From: Verrucomicrobiota bacterium
GTDB taxonomy: Bacteria; Verrucomicrobiota; Verrucomicrobiia; Chthoniobacterales; SZAS-18
Length of the DNA stretch: 64,000 bases
Assembly: GCA_025353105.1 (NCBI GenBank)
Contig: JANXRG010000059.1
Location: 2,383-66,382 of the forward strand
Direction: 5' to 3'
Shown here piece by piece: positions 30,192 to 39,398 of the stretch. The translations under genes and the position numbers were made by a program. Within the stretch, counting starts at the first letter, position 1; the number at the start of each line of letters is the position of its first letter. The notes under the pieces are model-generated. The model saw only the letters and a list, made by a program, of their open reading frames with translations, made no database searches and was not told where the DNA came from.

Positions 30192-31032
30192 ATGGATGGA
30201 CGCCTTGAAAACGCAGCGCAGCGCCGGATCGGTGCAGTCCGTGGAGCGGACGTTCGACCTTTTTGAGGCGCTGGTGGCAGCCGGGCAGGCGGTGCCGCTC
30301 AGCGAGTTGAGCGCGCGGGCCGGACTGCCACTCGGCACGACGCATCGCCTGCTCGCGACGCTGACCGCGCGCGGTTACGCGCGGCAGGATCCGGAGACCC
30401 GCGCCTACGCGGTGGGGTACAAGGTCATGGATTGGGCGACGCGCGTGGGCGCGAATCAACTGCTCGAGGTCGCACGGCCGCACATGAGGACCTTGATGCA
30501 CGAGACGGGTGAAACGGTGAATCTCGTCATCCTTGATCGCACGCAAATCGTTTACGCGGATCAGGTCGCCCCCGAGCGCCTCGTACGCATGTTCACGGAG
30601 GTGGGCAATCGCGCGCCGGTGCATTCGTCGGGCGCGGGCAAGGCATTGCTGGCTTTTCGGCCGCTCCCCGAGGCCCGCGCCTTGATGACGCAACTCGAAT
30701 TGAAGGGCTACACGTCAAAAACGATCACGTCGCTCAGCCGGCTCGAATCGGCGCTCGCCCAGATTCGCGAGCTCGGTTACGCGGTGGACGACGGAGAGTT
30801 TGAGGAGGGCGTCCGCTGCCTGGCCGCTCCGATCCTGAACAGCAGTGGAATTTCGGTCGCCGCGATCAGCATCAGCGGTCCGGCCAGCCGCGTCTCGCCG
30901 GACAAGGTCGCGCCCTTCGCCCAGAAGTTGAAGCGTTGCGCCGCGAAGGTCTCCTCGGCCCTCGGCTACGGCCAGGTTCCACCGCGCGGGACGCGGGCGC
31001 CCGGGCGCTCACGCGCTGCCGCCGTCCCCTGA
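30184..31032 (+). CDS. IclR-family transcriptional regulator
   Basis: SVQSVERTFDLFEALV...LSELSARAGLPLGTTHRLLATL wHTH plus a C-terminal effector domain (GVRCLAAPI). ATG 30196 is an alternative start. Confidence 0.85.
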   Translation: MEIWMDALKTQRSAGSVQSVERTFDLFEALVAAGQAVPLSELSARAGLPLGTTHRLLATLTARGYARQDPETRAYAVGYKVMDWATRVGANQLLEVARPHMRTLMHETGETVNLVILDRTQIVYADQVAPERLVRMFTEVGNRAPVHSSGAGKALLAFRPLPEARALMTQLELKGYTSKTITSLSRLESALAQIRELGYAVDDGEFEEGVRCLAAPILNSSGISVAAISISGPASRVSPDKVAPFAQKLKRCAAKVSSALGYGQVPPRGTRAPGRSRAAAVP

Positions 31033-31086
31033 AACTCGCCGATTGCGTCGGTTCCCTTTTCCTGTTGCACTAATCTCCATCCCCCG

Positions 31087-32568
31087 ATGACCCACCTCGA
31101 ACTCGTTTCCGAGCTCCGACACATCGTCGGCGAACGTGGCCTCGTGTCCGATCCGGACGCGCTGATGACGTACAACGCCGACGGCTGCGTCATGGACACG
31201 CATGATCCGGATGTCGTCGTGCTGCCGACGACGACCGAGCAGGTCGTGGCAGTCGTGAAGCTGGCGGCGCGCGAGCACGTGCCGGTCATCGCGCGCGGCG
31301 CGGGCACGGGCCTTTCCGGTGGGGCCACGCCGATGCGCGGCGGCATCGTGCTGGTGACGTCACGCATGGACAAGATCCTCGAGATCGACACGCGCAACAA
31401 TCGCTGCCGCGTCCAGCCGGGCGTGATTAATTTTGAGCTCACCGCGTTTCTCAAGAGCCGCGGCTATCACTTTGCTGCGGACCCGTCCTCGCAGAAGGCC
31501 TGCACGATTGGGGGCAACATCGCCAATAACAGTGGGGGCCCGCATTGCATCAAGTACGGCGTCACTGGCTCGCACGTGCTCGGCGTGCAAATGGTGCTCG
31601 CCGACGGATCCATTTTTTGGTCCGGCGAAGGCATCGTCGAGCAACCCGGGTATGATCTCACCGGCGTCACGGTCGGCGCGGAAGGGACGACCTGCGTCAT
31701 CACCGAATGCTGGTTGAAGATTTTACCAGTGCCGGAGGCGACGCGCGTGGTGATGGCGGTCTTCAACGATATCCGACCCGCGGCCGAGACGGTCAGCGCG
31801 GTGATCGCAGGCGGATTTCTTCCGGCCGCGCTCGAGGTGATGGACACGCTCGCGCTCAAGGCGGTGAACGATGCGTATCAGATGGGCATTCCCCCCGGCG
31901 CGGGGGCGGCGCTGATCATCGAGGTGGACGGAGTGGATGATGGTCTCGACGACTTACTCGCCGAGATTGTTCAAATCGCAAAGGATAAGGGCGCCATTGA
32001 GGTGCGTCCCGCGAAGACGCCGCAGGAGCAGGTGAACGTTTGGGCCGCGCGCAAGAATGCGTTCGGCGCCATGGGGCGGCTCGCTCCAACGTATCATCTC
32101 GTCGATACCGTCGTGCCGCGCACGAAACTGCCGGCGATCATGGACGACGTGAAGCGCATCTCGAAGGAAGTGAACCTTCCGATTGCGAATGTCTTTCACG
32201 CCGGGGACGGCAACCTGCATCCCATCGTGCTCTTTGATTCCACCGATCCCGATCAAAACGCGCGGGCTCACAAGGCGGTCGAGGAGATCATGCGGCTGTC
32301 CATCGGCTACGGGGGCGTGATCAGCGGCGAACACGGCGTGGGCATCGAGAAGCAGGAATTCATGTCCTATATGTTCAACGACGACGATCTCGGTGCGATG
32401 GCGGCGTTGCACGAGGCGTTTGACCCGGAAGACCTGCTGAATCCGGGCAAGATTTTTCCACGCAAAGTAAATCCGAACGAGTTGGCCGCGACGCGCCGGC
32501 AGGCCAGCACGGTGCCGGGCGGGTTGGCGGCAATCGTGGCGAAGCACGGTGAAAAAGTCTGGATCTAG
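31087..32568 (+). CDS. glcD: Glycolate oxidase subunit GlcD (FAD-linked oxidase)
   Basis: FAD_binding_4 pattern (VIARGAGTGLSGGA) and C-terminal GVISGEHGVGIEK; heads a glcDEF-type triplet. Confidence 0.85.
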   Translation: MTHLELVSELRHIVGERGLVSDPDALMTYNADGCVMDTHDPDVVVLPTTTEQVVAVVKLAAREHVPVIARGAGTGLSGGATPMRGGIVLVTSRMDKILEIDTRNNRCRVQPGVINFELTAFLKSRGYHFAADPSSQKACTIGGNIANNSGGPHCIKYGVTGSHVLGVQMVLADGSIFWSGEGIVEQPGYDLTGVTVGAEGTTCVITECWLKILPVPEATRVVMAVFNDIRPAAETVSAVIAGGFLPAALEVMDTLALKAVNDAYQMGIPPGAGAALIIEVDGVDDGLDDLLAEIVQIAKDKGAIEVRPAKTPQEQVNVWAARKNAFGAMGRLAPTYHLVDTVVPRTKLPAIMDDVKRISKEVNLPIANVFHAGDGNLHPIVLFDSTDPDQNARAHKAVEEIMRLSIGYGGVISGEHGVGIEKQEFMSYMFNDDDLGAMAALHEAFDPEDLLNPGKIFPRKVNPNELAATRRQASTVPGGLAAIVAKHGEKVWI

Positions 32569-32571
32569 GCC

Positions 32572-33849
32572 ATGAGCGATCTCTTGATCCAGTTGGGATC
32601 GGCGGTTGGCGCCGAGCACGTCACGCCCGGCGCGGACGGGCTCTCGGTGCAGGGTGTTTCCCCGCATTTTGTGGTCGCACCGGGCTCGGTGGAGGAACTT
32701 TCGGAAGCCATGAAGATCGCGGCCGCGGCCCGCGCCGCGGTGATTCCCTGGGGCGGCGGCACACGCCAGGCGCTCGGCACGCCGCCGGTCGCGCTCGATC
32801 GCCCGGTCGTGGCGATGCGCACCACGCGGCTCAACCAAGTTCTCGACTACACGCCCGATGACATGACGATTTCGGTGGGCGCCGGGATGACGCTCGATGA
32901 AATTGATCAGGCCGTGCGGCCGAATGGTCAGATGCTGCCGATGGATGTGGCGTTGCCGGGCCGCTCGACGGTCGGCGGGGCGCTCGCGTGCGCCGCCGAT
33001 GGTCCACGCCGGCTGGGCTACGGCACGTTTCGCGATTTGTTTCTCGGCACAAAGGTCGTCGAGGCGGGTGGGCGCATCAGCAAGGCGGGCGGCATGACCG
33101 TGAAGAACGTCAGCGGCTTCGACCTGATGAAGCTCTACATCGGCAGCATGGGTTCGCTGGCCATTTTCACGAGCGCGAATTTCAAGCTGCTGCCCATCCC
33201 GCGCGCCGCGGCCACGATCGCATGTGAATTCGACACGCTCGAATCGGTGTTCGCCATGGCCGACGCGCTGCACACGAGCAAGCTGTTGCCGGCGGCGTGC
33301 GAACTGGTCAGCGCGGAAGGCGGTCAGGGATTTGGACTTTGCGTCGCGACCGATGGTCTTGACCAGGCGGTCGCGCGACATAAGCGCGATGTGCCCGGGC
33401 TGGCGCAGAAAGCGGGCGCGCGCGCCTCGCACGTGCTCGAGGGCGAAGAACACACCTCGCTCTGGCGTCGGATCAACGATTTGTCACAGAGCGCCGACCT
33501 CGAGCCGGATGAAATGGTAATTCGCGTGGCAAGCCTGCCGTCACTGCTGGGCTCGGCGTTGGTCGCGCTGCAGGTCGCGGCGAAGAAACACGCGCTTCGC
33601 CTGCAAATCAGCGCCCGGGTGCTGAACGGCATCGCGTACGTCCGCACGCGCGGCACCGCATGGAAGGCGTTTCATGAAGTGGCGCTCACAACTCTGCCGG
33701 AAGTTTCGATCGTCACGCTCGGCCTCGGCACGCCGGAGCCTTCCGTTGATGTCTGGGGCCGTCCGCCAAACGGCCTCGACGTCATGCGGCGCATTAAGGC
33801 GGAGTTCGATCCGGCGAACATCCTCAATCCGGGCCGGTATCTCGTTTAG
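32572..33849 (+). CDS. glcE: Glycolate oxidase FAD-binding subunit GlcE
   Basis: FAD-binding PCMH-type protein (VIPWGGGT, VKNVSGFDLMKL) between glcD and glcF. Confidence 0.75.
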   Translation: MSDLLIQLGSAVGAEHVTPGADGLSVQGVSPHFVVAPGSVEELSEAMKIAAAARAAVIPWGGGTRQALGTPPVALDRPVVAMRTTRLNQVLDYTPDDMTISVGAGMTLDEIDQAVRPNGQMLPMDVALPGRSTVGGALACAADGPRRLGYGTFRDLFLGTKVVEAGGRISKAGGMTVKNVSGFDLMKLYIGSMGSLAIFTSANFKLLPIPRAAATIACEFDTLESVFAMADALHTSKLLPAACELVSAEGGQGFGLCVATDGLDQAVARHKRDVPGLAQKAGARASHVLEGEEHTSLWRRINDLSQSADLEPDEMVIRVASLPSLLGSALVALQVAAKKHALRLQISARVLNGIAYVRTRGTAWKAFHEVALTTLPEVSIVTLGLGTPEPSVDVWGRPPNGLDVMRRIKAEFDPANILNPGRYLV

Positions 33850-33861
33850 TTTTTTCTCTCG

Positions 33862-35247
33862 ATGTCCACTGCTCTCGCTCCCGCTCCCGCCCCCCCGCGA
33901 ACCCTCGTCGGATTTTCCGGCAAGGACTCGCCGGAACCCGCGCTGATCAACACCTGCGTGCATTGCGGCCTTTGTCTTTCCTCTTGTCCGACGTATCGCG
34001 AGACCGGGCTCGAGATGTCGTCGCCGCGGGGCCGGATCTATTTGATGAAGGCGGTCAGCGAAGGCCGCATGTCGCTCGCGAGCGAGGTCTTTCAGGGCCA
34101 AATGAGCGAGTGCTTGAATTGCCGCGCGTGTGAAGCGGTTTGTCCGAGCGGCGTGCAGTACGGCGCGATTGTCGAAGCTAGCCGCGCGCAAATCCAAACG
34201 GCGCGCGAGCATGCCAGCGGGACTGGGCCGATCCGGCCGCAGGGCGCATCGGTCGGACTCATCCGCGCGTTTGTCTTTGGCCGGTTATTCAAGAGCATGG
34301 CGATGTTCCGCGGCTTTTCGTGGCTGATGAAGATGTACCAGGTGACCGGCGTGCAATGGCTTGCGCGCAACCTGGGGATTTTGAAATTGATGGGTACCTC
34401 GGAGATGGAGCTGATGTTGCCGAGGTTCTCATCGACGTTTACCGTGCCGAAAGGCCAGGTGTATCCGGCGGAGGGAACGAAGCGCCAGCGGGTGGCGCTG
34501 ATGCCGGGCTGCATCATGAGCACGGCGTTCGCGCACGTGCACGAGGCTACGATTCGCGTGCTGCAGAAGAACGGCTGCGAGGTGGTGCTGCCTCCGAACC
34601 AGGGTTGTTGCGGCGCGCTGCACACGCACGGTGGCGACCTCGACGGGGGCCGCGAACTCGCGCGCACCAATATCGTCGCGCTCGAGCAGGGCGGGCTGGA
34701 TGAACTCGACGCGATCATCATCAACGCGGCGGGTTGCGGTAGCACGCTAAAGGAATACGGGCATCTCTTGCACGAGGATCCAGCCTGGCATGATCGCGCG
34801 GGGAAATTCGTAGCCAAGGTGAAGGACGTGCACGAGTTCCTCGCGCAGATCGGTTTGAACACCGCCGATCTCAAGCCGTTGCCCGTGAAGGTGACCTACC
34901 AGGAACCCTGCCACCTCGCGCACGCGCAGCGCATCACCGCGCAGCCGCGGCAACTGCTTAACGCCATTCCCGGGCTCAAGTTGGTCGAGATGGCCGAGAG
35001 CTCGCTGTGCTGCGGCAGCGCGGGCGTGTACAACATCACGCAGCCGGAACTCGCCTCGTCGCTCGGCGCGCGCAAAATCGAAAATGCGCTCGCGACCGGA
35101 GCCGAGGTGATCGCCACGGCCAATCCAGGTTGCGCGCTGCAGCTCGCGGTCGAACTCAAGAAAAAGGGCCGGGACGTTCCGGTCCGTTACATCGTCGAGC
35201 TGCTCGATGAGTCGTATCGCGGTGTTCGATCAAAGTCGCTGGCGTGA
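33862..35247 (+). CDS. glcF: Glycolate oxidase iron-sulfur subunit GlcF
   Basis: Two ferredoxin-type clusters (CVHCGLCLSSCP, CLNCRACEAVCP) plus two CCG cysteine-rich domains (PCH..., LCCGSAG). Confidence 0.85.
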   Translation: MSTALAPAPAPPRTLVGFSGKDSPEPALINTCVHCGLCLSSCPTYRETGLEMSSPRGRIYLMKAVSEGRMSLASEVFQGQMSECLNCRACEAVCPSGVQYGAIVEASRAQIQTAREHASGTGPIRPQGASVGLIRAFVFGRLFKSMAMFRGFSWLMKMYQVTGVQWLARNLGILKLMGTSEMELMLPRFSSTFTVPKGQVYPAEGTKRQRVALMPGCIMSTAFAHVHEATIRVLQKNGCEVVLPPNQGCCGALHTHGGDLDGGRELARTNIVALEQGGLDELDAIIINAAGCGSTLKEYGHLLHEDPAWHDRAGKFVAKVKDVHEFLAQIGLNTADLKPLPVKVTYQEPCHLAHAQRITAQPRQLLNAIPGLKLVEMAESSLCCGSAGVYNITQPELASSLGARKIENALATGAEVIATANPGCALQLAVELKKKGRDVPVRYIVELLDESYRGVRSKSLA

Positions 35248-35999
35248 TCGGGAACTTCGGGACACGATTCCCAAATTTTCCAGATGGAGAGAATGGACGG
35301 GGAAATAATTTCGTAAATTTGGCTAATTTGGAAAATTTAGTTCGAATCACTGCGACTCATCCCGCGATCTCTCGCGATGCGCTGGACCGTCACGTCGTCG
35401 AGTTGAGCGCCTGCCGGCGATGTCCGCGGATGCATCCTGCGGTGGTGACGGGCGGCGCGGTGCGGAGCCGGATCCTCCATGTTGGCCAGGCGCCCGGTGA
35501 CAAGGAACCTAAGCTCGGCCGGCCTTTCGCCTGGACCGCGGGCCGCACGCTCTTTGGCTGGTTCCAGGAGGCGTTGGGCTGGTCGGAAGCCGACTATCGC
35601 TCGCGCATTTACATGGCGGCCGTGTGCCGTTGCTTCCCAGGCAAGCGGCCGGGCGGGGGCGACCGCGTGCCCGATCCGGCGGAGATCGCGAATTGTGCGT
35701 CGTGGCTGCAGCGTGAAATCGAAATTCTCCGGCCCGCGCTGGTCCTGCCGATTGGCAAACTCGCCATCGCGCAGTTCATGGAAGTCCCCCGCCTCGACAC
35801 CGTGATTGGGCAGCAGTTCGCGCTGGAAAGGTACGGGCACACCTTCGATCTCATCCCGCTTCCGCATCCTTCGGGCGCATCGCCCTGGCACCGGATGGAA
35901 CCGGGAAAGACGCTTCTGCACCGTGCGCTCGCGCGCGTCGCGGCGCACCCCGCCGTGGTTTCAACCGTTGACGCTGAGCGTCGCACGAGACGAAGCTGA
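35244..35999 (+). CDS. Uracil-DNA glycosylase superfamily protein (start uncertain)
   Basis: CRRCPRM, GQAPGDKE, PFAWTAGRTLFGW and HPSGASPW motifs. The track start is a GTG overlapping the glcF stop, but codons 8-33 cover a repeat element (35268-35338), so the real start may be later. Confidence 0.65.
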   Translation: MIGNFGTRFPNFPDGENGRGNNFVNLANLENLVRITATHPAISRDALDRHVVELSACRRCPRMHPAVVTGGAVRSRILHVGQAPGDKEPKLGRPFAWTAGRTLFGWFQEALGWSEADYRSRIYMAAVCRCFPGKRPGGGDRVPDPAEIANCASWLQREIEILRPALVLPIGKLAIAQFMEVPRLDTVIGQQFALERYGHTFDLIPLPHPSGASPWHRMEPGKTLLHRALARVAAHPAVVSTVDAERRTRRS

Positions 36000-36393
36000 C
36001 GGCGTGGCGGACCGACGCGGCCTGCTGCTGACCATCCTGGTGTCGCTGCTTTTTCTGGCCGCGATCGAGTGGCGAGCCACCCGGCCCGAATCGAGGAAGC
36101 GCCCAACGCGGTGCCCAACCGGAGCCCGTATTTTGGGACCGACCCTCGTTCCGCTCCCGGCCTCCGCCCGTCGGGTCGAGGTGACGGTCCAGCTTACGTC
36201 GCGGCGTTGGACGCTCCCGGTGAGCGGCTGGGCGCTGGCTCGCTGCGTCGGCTGATGCGTTCGAATCCGCTCAAGATCACAGTCGCAGGCAACCAATTCC
36301 AGCTAGACAACGAAGATGCCCACCGCATTCTTTCGGGTGGTTGGAGTTGTGCATCGCCCTTTCACTTCCGAATTTACCCGACCCCCCGAAAAT

Positions 36394-37881
36394 ATGCCCA
36401 CGTTCGTTGCCGCCCCCGTTGTTCCCATCTTTCGTGATGGCACTTGGATTACGCCAAACGCCGCTGACTTCATGCCGGTGCATAACCCGTCAACCGGCGA
36501 GGTGATCGCGCGTACCCCGCTCCTGGATGCGGCGCAGGTGGACGCCGTGGTCGAAGGTGCCGCGAAGGCCTTTGCCACCTGGTCGAAGACGTCCTACACG
36601 AAGCGAGTCGGAATCCTGTTCAAATACAAGGAACTGCTCGAGGCGAATTTTCTCGAGTTGTCCCAGCTGGTGACGCGCGAGAACGGCAAGACGCTCGACG
36701 AGGCGAAAGGCGATGTCCGCCGAGGCATCGAATGCGTCGAGTTCGCCTGCGGGATTCCGATCCTCGCGAAGGGCGAGAATCTACCGCAGCTCGCCGACAT
36801 GATCGATGGGCTCACCAGCCGGGAGCCGATCGGCGTCTGCGCCGGAATCGTCCCATTCAATTTCCCGGCGATGGTGCCGATGTGGATGTTCCCGCTGGCG
36901 ATCGCCTGCGGAAACACGTTCGTCTTGAAACCCAGCGAGAAGGTCCCGCTCACCGCCGTGCGGATGGCGGAACTCTTCCAGCAGGCCGGCCTGCCGGAAG
37001 GGGTCTTCAGCATCGTCCACGGCGCGCGCGAGGTTGTCGACACGCTGTGCACGCACCCGAAAATCGCAGCGATCAGTTTTGTCGGATCGTCGCCGGTGGC
37101 ACGCCATGTGTATGCGCTCGGCTCTGCGAACGGCAAGCGTGTCCAGGCGGCCGGCGGGGCCAAGAACGTGCTGCTCGTCATGCCGGACGCCGATCCCGAC
37201 CCGACGCTGCGCGCGATCATGGGGAGCGCATTCGGCTGCGCCGGCCAGCGTTGCATGGCGGGTTCGGTGCTGATGGGCGTGGGCGAGGTCGCCGATGATC
37301 TGCGAGATCGCCTCGTGGCTGCGATGGATGCGCTCAAGCTTGATGACACCTCGGCAAATCCGGAGGCCGGCATGGGACCGGTCATCGACGGCGGGGCGCA
37401 GAGCCGGCTGCGGGATTTGATTTCCGCGGGCGCGAAGACGGAAGCAAAACTCGTTCGGGACGGCCGGGAGACGAAAATGACGCGCGGCTTCTTCGTCGGC
37501 CCGACGCTTTTTGATCAAGTGGAACCGGGGATGAAATTGTTTCGGGACGAACTGTTTGGTCCGGTGCTGTCGATGCTGCGGCCCGGCAGTCTTGACGAGG
37601 CAATTGCGATGATGGGCCAGCTGCGCTTCGGCAACGGCGCGAGCATTTTCACCACGAACGGCGGGACGGCGCGGCAATTTGTCCGCGAGATGCCGGCTGG
37701 GATGATCGGCATCAATGTCGGCGTGCCGGCGGCGCCTGCGATCTTTTCGTTCAGCGGGTGGAACGGTTCCTTTTATGGTGACCTGCACGTCATGGGCGTC
37801 GAGGGTGTGCAGTTTTACACGCGGCAGAAGATGGTGCTCTCGCGCTGGGATTCCACGTATCGCCGCTCGATGGGATGGTGA
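36394..37881 (+). CDS. mmsA: CoA-acylating methylmalonate/malonate-semialdehyde dehydrogenase
   Basis: MWMFPLAIACGNTFVLKPSE and GQRCMA (catalytic Cys) are typical of MMSDH. Start trimmed to ATG 36394. Confidence 0.85.
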   Translation: MPTFVAAPVVPIFRDGTWITPNAADFMPVHNPSTGEVIARTPLLDAAQVDAVVEGAAKAFATWSKTSYTKRVGILFKYKELLEANFLELSQLVTRENGKTLDEAKGDVRRGIECVEFACGIPILAKGENLPQLADMIDGLTSREPIGVCAGIVPFNFPAMVPMWMFPLAIACGNTFVLKPSEKVPLTAVRMAELFQQAGLPEGVFSIVHGAREVVDTLCTHPKIAAISFVGSSPVARHVYALGSANGKRVQAAGGAKNVLLVMPDADPDPTLRAIMGSAFGCAGQRCMAGSVLMGVGEVADDLRDRLVAAMDALKLDDTSANPEAGMGPVIDGGAQSRLRDLISAGAKTEAKLVRDGRETKMTRGFFVGPTLFDQVEPGMKLFRDELFGPVLSMLRPGSLDEAIAMMGQLRFGNGASIFTTNGGTARQFVREMPAGMIGINVGVPAAPAIFSFSGWNGSFYGDLHVMGVEGVQFYTRQKMVLSRWDSTYRRSMGW

Positions 37882-37882
37882 G

Positions 37883-38040
37883 CCCGCGGCCCGGGGCGGA
37901 TCGCGGGAAACTCGAAACTCGAAGGAAGTTTCAAAGTTGCGAAGTTCGAACACCCGACCGACACCCAGCTTGCGAGGATCGCATTTTTTGATCTTAATTT
38001 TTCAAACTTTCTGACCCTTCTTCGAGTTTCGAGTTTTTTC
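37883..38040 (+). repeat. Intercistronic structured element: GC hairpin + AAACTCGAAACTCGAAGG, with its inverted copy and a T-run
   Basis: CCCGCG/CGCGGG stem (37883-37907). Left arm AAACTCGAAACTCGAAGGA (37908-37926) is complementary to CCTTCTTCGAGTTTCGAGTTT (38016-38036), followed by TTTT. Confidence 0.6.
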
Positions 38041-38044
38041 CGCC

Positions 38045-39205
38045 GTGCCCTACGTCTTCAACATCCCCGCGGCCGTCGTCACCGGCGGCGGCGCCAGCCG
38101 GGAACTTGTTGTCCATGCCCGGCGGTTGGGCGGCAGCCGCGTTCTGATCGTGACGGACGATTTCATGGTGCAGAGCGGCGTGGTGCAGACCTTCATCGAT
38201 TTGTTGCAGGGCGCGGGAATGCCGTCCGCGATTTTCAGCGGGGTGCAGCCGGATCCCACGGAACAAAATGTGATCGATGGACTGGCCGCGCTCCAGGATG
38301 CCGGCGCTGATTTAATCGTGGCGATCGGCGGGGGCAGTCCGATCGACTGCGCCAAGGCAATCGGCATGCTCGCGACGAATGGCGGTCAGATGCGTGACTT
38401 CATGGGGTACGAGAAGATTCCGCGCGCGGGGATGCCACTGATCGCGATTCCGACCACCGCCGGCACCGGCAGCGAGGTGACCCGCGCTTCGGTGATCACG
38501 GATCCGGCGCGTGACGAAAAGATGCTGCTCATGAGCGTGCAGCTCGTGCCGCAGGTGGCGTTGGTCGATTTTGAATTGACGATGTCGATGCCCGGACCGC
38601 TCACCGCGGCGGTTGGCGTGGACACGTTGACGCACGCGATTGAGGCCTATGTGTCGAAGAAAGCGAACGGCGTGACCGATCCGATCGCGCTTTCCTGCGT
38701 GAGTCTCGTGGCGGGAAATCTCCGCACGGCCTTTCGCGAGCCCGGCAACCGCTCGGCGCGCGAGGCCATGTCGCTCGCGGCGTGCCAGGGCGGGATGGCG
38801 TTCGGGAACAGCAGTGTGTGCCTGGTCCATGGCATGAGCCGGCCGATTGGCGCGCTCTTCCATGTGCCGCACGGTATTTCAAATGCGATGCTCCTGCCGG
38901 CGGTGACCCGGTTTTCGCTGCGTGGATCGATTGCGCGATACGCCGCCGTGGCGCGGGCGATGGGCGCGGCCGGGCCGGACGACGCGGATGAGCGTGCGGC
39001 GGAGGCATTGATTGATGCGCTCGAGGCGTTGAACCGGGATCTCGCCATTCCGCGGCTGCGCGAGCACCCGCGCCTGAATGAGGCGAAGTTCTTTTCGTCC
39101 CTTGAAAAGATGGCGACGGACGCCTTGGTCTCCGGGAGCCCTGGGAATAACCCGGTGGTCCCCACGGCGGAGGAAATTGTCGCGCTGTACCGGGCGGCGT
39201 GGTGA
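38045..39205 (+). CDS. Iron-containing (group III) alcohol dehydrogenase
   Basis: GTG start. AIGGGSPIDCAKA, PTTAGTGSE and metal-ligand histidines (HAIEAY, HGMSRP..HVPHG). Confidence 0.85.
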   Translation: MPYVFNIPAAVVTGGGASRELVVHARRLGGSRVLIVTDDFMVQSGVVQTFIDLLQGAGMPSAIFSGVQPDPTEQNVIDGLAALQDAGADLIVAIGGGSPIDCAKAIGMLATNGGQMRDFMGYEKIPRAGMPLIAIPTTAGTGSEVTRASVITDPARDEKMLLMSVQLVPQVALVDFELTMSMPGPLTAAVGVDTLTHAIEAYVSKKANGVTDPIALSCVSLVAGNLRTAFREPGNRSAREAMSLAACQGGMAFGNSSVCLVHGMSRPIGALFHVPHGISNAMLLPAVTRFSLRGSIARYAAVARAMGAAGPDDADERAAEALIDALEALNRDLAIPRLREHPRLNEAKFFSSLEKMATDALVSGSPGNNPVVPTAEEIVALYRAAW

Positions 39206-39398
39206 GCCAGCAGCCCGGTCGTGCGGGGCAACTGGTCGGGTGGGGCCTGCACGCGCCCATTAAATCAGGCGTTCGGCGCGTTTGACGCTTGCCAAACGCT
39301 GGCATTGCATTCAATTTTTCCGCCTTCGTCAGTTAATCCGGCACCCCCCGGATGGGAGGTGCTCGCCGTTCCCAAAATCCAACCCAATTCGTCTGCAC

